A stretch of 61,976 nucleotides of DNA, counting the filler, from Aduncisulcus paluster (taxonomy: Eukaryota), in the NCBI GenBank assembly GCA_024181965.1. It is 9 parts of 9 records of this genome, joined end to end, with 100 filler letters (N's around TTAATTAATTAA, not from the genome) between each part and the next. Parts side by side here need not be neighbours in the genome. Positions count along the whole stretch, not along the records: positions 51,739 to 56,847 come from BQXS01011273.1; positions 56,948 to 61,976 come from BQXS01011274.1; 7 more parts are not named here. One strand, given 5' to 3'. The notes beneath the pieces are model-generated. The model saw only the letters and a program-made list of their open reading frames with translations. It had not been told where the DNA came from and made no database searches. Shown piece after piece: positions 55,681 through 61,976 of this stretch. Numbering within the stretch: position 1 is the stretch's first letter; each line of letters begins with the position of its first letter. The position numbers and the translations under genes were made by a program.

Positions 55681-56055
55681 ATGCCTCTTGAAATGATTAC
55701 TAGTGATAAGATTCCCTCCCTTGGTCCTTACAGCCTTGCTGTTAAGACCCCCAATGGATTTGTTCACACCAGTGGTTCTCTTGGTTTGAAGGATGGTGCT
55801 CTTGTTGAAGGAATTGAAGCCCAGACCCTTGTTTCTCTTCAGAACCTTGAAATTGTCTTGAAAGAAGCTGGTTGCACCAAGTTCGACGTTGTTAGTGTGA
55901 CTATCATGCTCGCTGATTTGAAGGATTTCGCCAAGGTCAACAAGGTCTACGGTGAATTCTTTGAGGGTCACAAGCCTGCTCGTGCTTGCACTCAGCACGC
56001 TGCCATTCCTGCTGGCGGTCTCATTGAAATGAGCTGCATCGCTTTCAAAGAGTAA
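55681..56055 (+). CDS. ridA: RidA/YjgF/UK114 family imine deaminase
   Basis: GPYSLAV, SGSLG, QTLVSLQNL, DFAKVNKVYGEFF, PARAC, LIEMSCIA. Confidence 0.93.
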   Translation: MPLEMITSDKIPSLGPYSLAVKTPNGFVHTSGSLGLKDGALVEGIEAQTLVSLQNLEIVLKEAGCTKFDVVSVTIMLADLKDFAKVNKVYGEFFEGHKPARACTQHAAIPAGGLIEMSCIAFKE

Positions 56056-56213
56056 ATTTTAATCATGTCAAAATTCCAATTCAGGAAATAACGAGTTTGT
56101 CCGACCTTTCCACATAAAAGTTTGATATAAATCTAAAATTTATTCCTGATTTTCCTTGAAAACTACAATATTATTCACTATTCTTTTCATTGTTATGAGA
56201 GCGTGGTTTCGAC

Positions 56214-56847
56214 TTACTTGTGTGTCAATCTGTAAGCGTGAGGCAGAGTTCCCTTTGCATATATCTTATCGGTGAAGAAAACTCTTCTAATACGTGTGTT
56301 GGCATGGATTTGTAACCTCAAAGTCTCCATATATCCAGTTCTGAAAGCACGGTAGGTGTAATCGAGCAAGTTACATGAAATTGTGTTCCATCCATCATCA
56401 AGTCTTAAGGGCATTGTACAAATGAATGGCTTAACACGAGTTTTTGGTTGATAAGTCGATGAACGCAAACGACGCTTAACACCACGATCGTCCAAGATAG
56501 TAACTTCGAAGGAGAACTGTTTTTTCAAGTTTTTCACAAGTAAAACGATAACTGGCAATTTAATTCCGAGGGTTTGCTTGGGATCATCAGGGTGGGTGAT
56601 GTAGCATGTATTGACATTGGGACTCATAATCTCAATAACACATGCTTGAATATCAGGATCGGTAATACGTTTAATATGTCCACTTTGAACGTGGGTACCC
56701 CAGTCAAACAGGGGTTTTGATCTGTATTTAAAGAGAAACAAATATGAGATAAGGAAAACAACATTATGGAAAAAAATTGGTATATTTACCAAAATTTTAG
56801 CACATACCCAATTGCATAGAGACAATCTATGAAACTTTTCGGTCCTA
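56214..56847 (-). CDS. CFAP20: Cilia- and flagella-associated protein 20 (BUG22), 5' truncated, spliced
   Basis: Intron 56807-56722 (GTATGT...CAG, 86 nt) joins ...[65 protein letters not shown]. Confidence 0.95.
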
Positions 56848-56947
56848 NNNNNNNNNNNNNNNNNNNNNNNNNNNNNNNNNNNNNNNNNNNNTTAATTAAT
56901 TAANNNNNNNNNNNNNNNNNNNNNNNNNNNNNNNNNNNNNNNNNNNN

Positions 56948-57836
56948 ACTTGATCTCTCAAAAAACATTGTTGTGATTGCTTCTGTTCCTGGACTTTCAA
57001 AGAAAGATGACAAAAAGGAAAAAGATAAAAAGAAGAAGTCAGATTTACCTCACGATGAACAGATTATGGAAGTTATTTGTCACGCTGCCGAATGTCTTCC
57101 AACAGAGCTGTTAGATTTTGATCTCGAATTTTCAGATGGCCAACCATGCTGTACAGTGGGAATTGATCATTCCATGCTCTCAGGAGGTCGTCAAGATAAC
57201 TTATTAGGTTGTTATGGATGTGTTCGTGCTTTGCTCGATTCATCAAGTCAAATTAGTCGTGATATTCGAATGATCACTTTGTTTGATCATGAAGAGATCG
57301 GATCTCGGAGTAGAGTAGGTGGATGGACTCCTACCCTCTATCGTACTGTCAGTCGAATTGTGAATTCATTATATTCCGATATCATGACCACTCCCCCCGA
57401 CATTGATTGTATTATTGCCCGTGGAATGGCATTATCCGTTGATCAAGCCCATTCTGTCCATCCTGGATACTCCGATAGGGTGTGTAGCCATACTGTTGAG
57501 CACATGAATGAAGGAGTTGTTCTGAAGGCAAGTGCAAGACAATCATATTCAACATCTGCAGGTGCAAGTGCTGTGGTTCGAATGATTGGCAAGAAGAGCG
57601 GCGTTCCCATCCAAAGCAGCTCAAAAAAGAACACAGTCCTAGGCGGTGGTACACTTGGTCCCATGGTGGCCTCTACAACGTGTATTAGAACCTCTGATAT
57701 TGGTGTCGCCATGCTTGCTATGCACTCTGCCAGGGAACTAGTGGGGTCCAAAGATGTTGAGTATCTAGTCAAGTTCTGCAAAGAGTTCTTAATATCCCTC
57801 CATGATTTCATCGATGACATGATCAAATTAGAATGA
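56948..57836 (+). CDS. DNPEP: Aspartyl aminopeptidase (M18), C-terminal part
   Basis: GRQDNLLGCY, LFDHEEIGS, SVDQAHSVHPGY, GGGTLGP, DIGVAMLAMHSARE. Confidence 0.92.
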
Positions 57837-58269
57837 AGTAATGACTTGGACCTGTTTCATTGAGTTTATTTTTATGGGTAACAACCTATTTATTTTATTT
57901 ATTGCCTATTTTATGTCCAATTGTACTCGAGTTTATTGGGGAAAATGTAGATCTACTATAGACTGCTAGTTCAAGTGACATAACATCAAGTATTAGTGAA
58001 AATGCGAATATGCATAAATCCCCGGTATTACCAGAGATATTTACACCCAAATAAATTGATAAATTTGCATATTATCCAGTGATGAGTTGTCTATACTGTA
58101 CTAGTTGTGATTTAAGGATCTTGGCAGTTCAGAAGAACATGCCTCCAACATCAATATTGCATTTTACACATAATATATATCTGAAATTGTTATTTTGACT
58201 TGAAGTAAAAGAACATCCCACAATCGAGAACAAATTGGAACGGAGAAATAAAGAGTGAAAATAGTCAAT

Positions 58270-58816
58270 TTATCGTTTTATATTCATTGTCAAAAACAAA
58301 AGAATTGGTATTTCACTGGAATCTACCTTTCTGTGGAGCCCCAGTTGAGATAGTAGAAATTCTCTATCCAACACCTCGTTCGATATATCAGCCTCTAAAA
58401 AAGCAAAAAAATAACATAAATGATACAATAATTTTGCTCATGATAAAAAAGACAATTCTGCAACATACCTTCAGCAAGAGTTTTAATGGTTCGATCAAAA
58501 CCAAAGGAACTGAGAGCCTCCTTCATAAGCTCAAACAATAAATACTGTTCGTGAGTGTGTTTCATCTTTGAATCTTCCTTTACAACGTATTTTTCGTCCA
58601 AACACCTTTCAACCATGTCACGAAGCTCATCTCGAATCCGTTCAAGTTTCCCACTCTTTTCAAGTTTTGCCCGGACAATATCATCTAAAAAACAAAGAAA
58701 TCAAAGTAAATAGTTGTATTTTTAAAACAAGACGCACTACTTTAGTAGGAAAAGTGTGACAACAGCTCTATGAATTAATAACTCAACCACATACAATCTT
58801 TTTGATGTTCACTCAT
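58270..58816 (-). CDS. FOR20: FOR20/FOPNL (CEP20)-like LisH basal-body protein, three exons
   Basis: Exons 58816-58795, 58684-58469 and 58394-58270; introns 110 and 74 nt (GTATGT...TAG). Product MSEHQKDYDIVRAKLEKSGKLERIRDELR...LLFELMKEALSSFGFDRTIKTLAEE...LDREFLLSQLG...IPILL matches the FOR20 TOF/LisH/PLL pattern. Confidence 0.82.
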
Positions 58817-59198
58817 ATTATATTAAATATATGCTTGAAAAAGGAGAATAGTATTATTGGATAGAACCAAATGAAGAAATTGAATGTTGTCTTGGCATTG
58901 CTTGATCTATGGCACAATAAAAGATCTATTTAATCAAAATGACCTGTTAAATAATCAAATCACATGATATTAAATCTCCTGAGAAGACCTGGAATCAGCT
59001 TAAAATCTGGAATTGGCCAAAGAGGGCAAGAATCATCAAGATAATATTCTGCAATTAATTAATCGTTATTATTTAATATTAATATTTTACTCGAATATAA
59101 ATTTTCCTTCCTATTTCAGCCCTTCTATTTTTAGAAGGAAAACGTTTTTTTTTCAAGTTGCGCTCTTTTTGTTCCATTGGTAACACTGCAAAAATATA

Positions 59199-59891
59199 AT
59201 GATAATTATAATAGAAGGGAATATATCGGCGGGGAAGTCCACTCTTGCAAAGAAACTTGCTTCGACACTCGGTCTTAGGTTGTTTCAAGAACCTGTTGTA
59301 GAGAATCCATATCTCGCTAAATTCTATGAAGATCCTTGTAAATGGGCTCTAAAAATGCAGATGTGGTTACTTAAACAACGTTATGATACATATCAAGAAG
59401 GAATTAAGCATTTTAAAGCCACTGGCCAAGGAATCATTTTTGATAGATCAATATACTCTGATGACGTGTTTGCTCGGAATAGTACAAAATGCGGGCAAAT
59501 ATCCCCCGATGGATATAAGAAATACTGGGCCAAACGCGCTGAGTATTTAGAACACTGTGAAATACCTCATTATACCATTTATTTAGACGTCTCACCTGAA
59601 ATATGTCATTATCGCATTCGTCATGTCCGGTGTCGGGCTTGTGAATCTTCTATTCCCCTCGAATATTTGAAAGCTTTGCATTCTGAATATCTTACCTTCC
59701 TTCATGATATGAAACAGAAGGGAAGTATTGTTTTGAGGATTGACTGGGAGCGTTTTGGATCGGTCGATAGTATTGTTGCTCTTGTTTGTCCTCCAGTTAA
59801 AGATGAAGAAGAGGAAGAGGAAGAGGAGGAAGATGTTCACTCCTATTCAAAGCTTCAACATGTTACAGTTGAATATGAGGTTGAATTGTGA
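59199..59891 (+). CDS. Deoxynucleoside kinase (dNK/dAK family)
   Basis: IEGNISAGKST P-loop, EPV..NPYL.KFY.DP, DRSIYSD..F, IYLDVSPE.C..RI..R.R..E..IPLEYL. Confidence 0.93.
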   Translation: MIIIIEGNISAGKSTLAKKLASTLGLRLFQEPVVENPYLAKFYEDPCKWALKMQMWLLKQRYDTYQEGIKHFKATGQGIIFDRSIYSDDVFARNSTKCGQISPDGYKKYWAKRAEYLEHCEIPHYTIYLDVSPEICHYRIRHVRCRACESSIPLEYLKALHSEYLTFLHDMKQKGSIVLRIDWERFGSVDSIVALVCPPVKDEEEEEEEEEDVHSYSKLQHVTVEYEVEL

Positions 59892-60122
59892 TATCAATTA
59901 TACATTTATTTCAGAATTATATATAATAAGGAATTTTAAATTTGAATAACACTCAGAGTAAGATGATGATTCATTCTGGAGTGATTTTGGATTGAATAAA
60001 GTTTTTTCATGAAATTATTTTTAATTTTGACCAATATTAATTCCAAATAATGATTTTTTTTTGAGAATTCCAATTCGGTGAGTCTCCAAAAAAAACCAAA
60101 TTCAAAAAACCAATTTTGCTAG

Positions 60123-61976
60123 ATGGATGGTGAGTCCGATCGACCATCTCAGGAAAGTCCTGAGAAAGAGGCTCGATTAGATCCCCCTGAAAGGAAAAAA
60201 TTAAAGAAATCTCAAAGATACTCCCTCTTACAAAGACTTGGATCTGGTTCTTTTGGGAAGGTGAAACGTATGTATTATATTTTTCTTGAATTTAAGAATA
60301 TTAAAAGAATTTATTGGCGTATCTTACATTATCTTTTGTTTCATTTTGCTATTTGATCATGAACTCGTAATATTGCTGTTTCTTTCAATTCAAATTAATT
60401 ACATGTTATTTAATCATAGTTGGGAGGCATGTTGATACAAATGCTTATGTTGCCGTTAAAATTTTGTCAAAAAGAAGACTGCGATCCGTTAGACTGACAG
60501 AAAAGGTATTCCAGGAGATTCACATTTTAGAAATGCTCCATCATCCTCACATCACCCAGCTTTTTGAATTTTTGGATACAGATGAACATTATCTTCTCAT
60601 CATGGAGTATGTTGGAGGTGGAGAGTTATTCAAACTGATTGCTCAAAGAAAAGGGCGTGGATTAAGAGAAAGTCACGCTCGAAAGATGTTCCAACAAATG
60701 GTTTCTGCCATTCAATACTGTCATCGGCGGTATATTGTCCACCGTGACCTGAAACCGGAGAATATTCTCCTCGACCGTGATGGAAATGTTAAAATTGCTG
60801 ATTTTGGTCTTTCTTCCCTTATTTCTGAAGGGGATTTTATTGAAACGTCATGTGGATCCCCAAATTATGCGGCTCCTGAAGTTGTCTGTGGAAAACCCTA
60901 TGAAGCGAGTGGAATTGATGTCTGGTCCCTTGGAGTGATTCTGTATGCTCTTTTGCAAGGCAGACTCCCATTCAACAACCCAAATATTGGTCTTTTATTC
61001 GAACAGATCAAGAAAGGACGATATCACACTCCTGTGGGGGTTTCTGAGGATGCCATTGATCTTGTGCAACAATTACTGACTGTTGATCCCATGGAACGGA
61101 TTACCCTCGAGGAAGTCTTCGAGCATCCCTGGTTTAAAGTGGATATACCGGAATATCTGAAGACAGCTTTTGTGGAGGAGATTGTGGAGAAACGACCGAC
61201 TTCTCAACCTCGTTCTGCTGCTGAAAAACGAGCCATTGAAAGGAAAAAATCCATGTTACGTGCCAGTCGAAAAGGAAAACATGCTGTTCTTGGTAACTAT
61301 GACATTGATGACTCCTTAATCAAGTATATGAAAGATCGATTTGTATTTAACGAGGAAACTCTTACTGCTGACCTCGAACAAGATAACACAAACCCAGAGA
61401 CTGTTGCTTACCGAGTTCTCGAGACTCAAAGGATAAATGAAGAGCTCCATCATTTGTATTTTGGTGCCCAATCGATCCCCAATGGATCAGCTTTGCCTCG
61501 TCGAATGTCAGGAAGTGACCAAGATTCGGCCCAATCCCTTGTCGACATGGATGGAAAACACTATGCTCCGGATTCTCTTACATCCATCCAAGACTCTTCC
61601 GCCCACGGATCTCCTGTGGGTTCACGTCCTTCGTCTGTACCGAGAATACAACCGCCTAGCACCGAAACCGACGGATCTCTCCCTCCGGCTGACGGCCAGC
61701 ACCGGTCAACCTCAGGCCCAACCTCTTTGTCGACCATTGAGCTTCCCCTCGGTCACGTATATTCCACGTCATCTTCTATCTCTTCTTCCGGCGTTGGTAC
61801 ACCCGTCGAAACACAAGAGAACAATCCATTTGAAGGTGTCAATCTTATGACCTTCATTAAAACACGCACAAGAGATAAAGAAAGGAGAGAGAGGGATAGG
61901 GAAGGTTTGAAATATGTCGATTACGAACAAGAAGAGGATGAGAGCGATGGTGATGCCGAAAGGATATTTGAAGAAG
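60123..61976 (+). CDS. SNF1: AMPK alpha/SNF1 catalytic kinase, spliced, runs off the window end
   Basis: Exon 1 60123-60267 (LGSGSFGKVK), intron 60268-60419 (GTATGT...TAG, 152 nt), exon 2 from 60420: VAVKIL, MEYVGGGELF, HRDLKPENILLD, KIADFGLS, TSCGSPNYAAPEV, DVWSLGVILYALL.GRLPF. Confidence 0.92.

Noticed and set aside
16843-56947. Recurrent TTAATTAATTAA palindrome inside N runs (8 copies)
   Set aside because: Artificial all-frame-stop contig linker of constant 100-bp format; not biological.
52067-61976. Clustering of AMPK gamma and alpha, and of CFAP20 with FOR20
   Set aside because: The pairs are separated by the artificial linker at 56848-56947, so they are on different contigs.

Overview
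AT-rich, gene-dense eukaryotic (protist) DNA, not prokaryotic. It has short canonical GT-AG spliceosomal introns, a standard genetic code, and spliceosomal, flagellar/basal-body and anaerobic-metabolism genes. The expanded kinase family and the 'VKPEFIHEG' repeat-domain family resemble what I recall from the fornicate metamonad Aduncisulcus paluster; this is pattern recognition, not a search result. The window is a pseudo-scaffold of 9 contig pieces joined by eight artificial 100-bp N/TTAATTAATTAA/N linkers. It also has five 20-N gaps whose flanks are duplicated (assembly overlaps), so neighbourhoods across linkers mean nothing. Recognisable genes: RPL22e, SmE, parvulin, two SCP/CTD-phosphatase paralogues, DBP2/DDX5-type DEAD-box helicase, PAK/STE20 kinase, enolase, nicolin-1, SYP7-type SNARE, ALDH3, nucleolar FKBP, CM1 coiled-coil protein, cathepsin B, thioredoxin, ADP-forming acetyl-CoA synthetase tail, AMPK gamma and alpha, aspartate aminotransferase, RidA, CFAP20, M18 aminopeptidase, FOR20 and deoxynucleoside kinase. 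Several of these are spliced genes that the ORF track misses or truncates. The most striking observation is a DBP2/p68 helicase whose N-terminus is a variable-copy 45-bp tandem array encoding 11 or 15 GWG motifs. This is a candidate Argonaute-hook platform fused to an RNA helicase.
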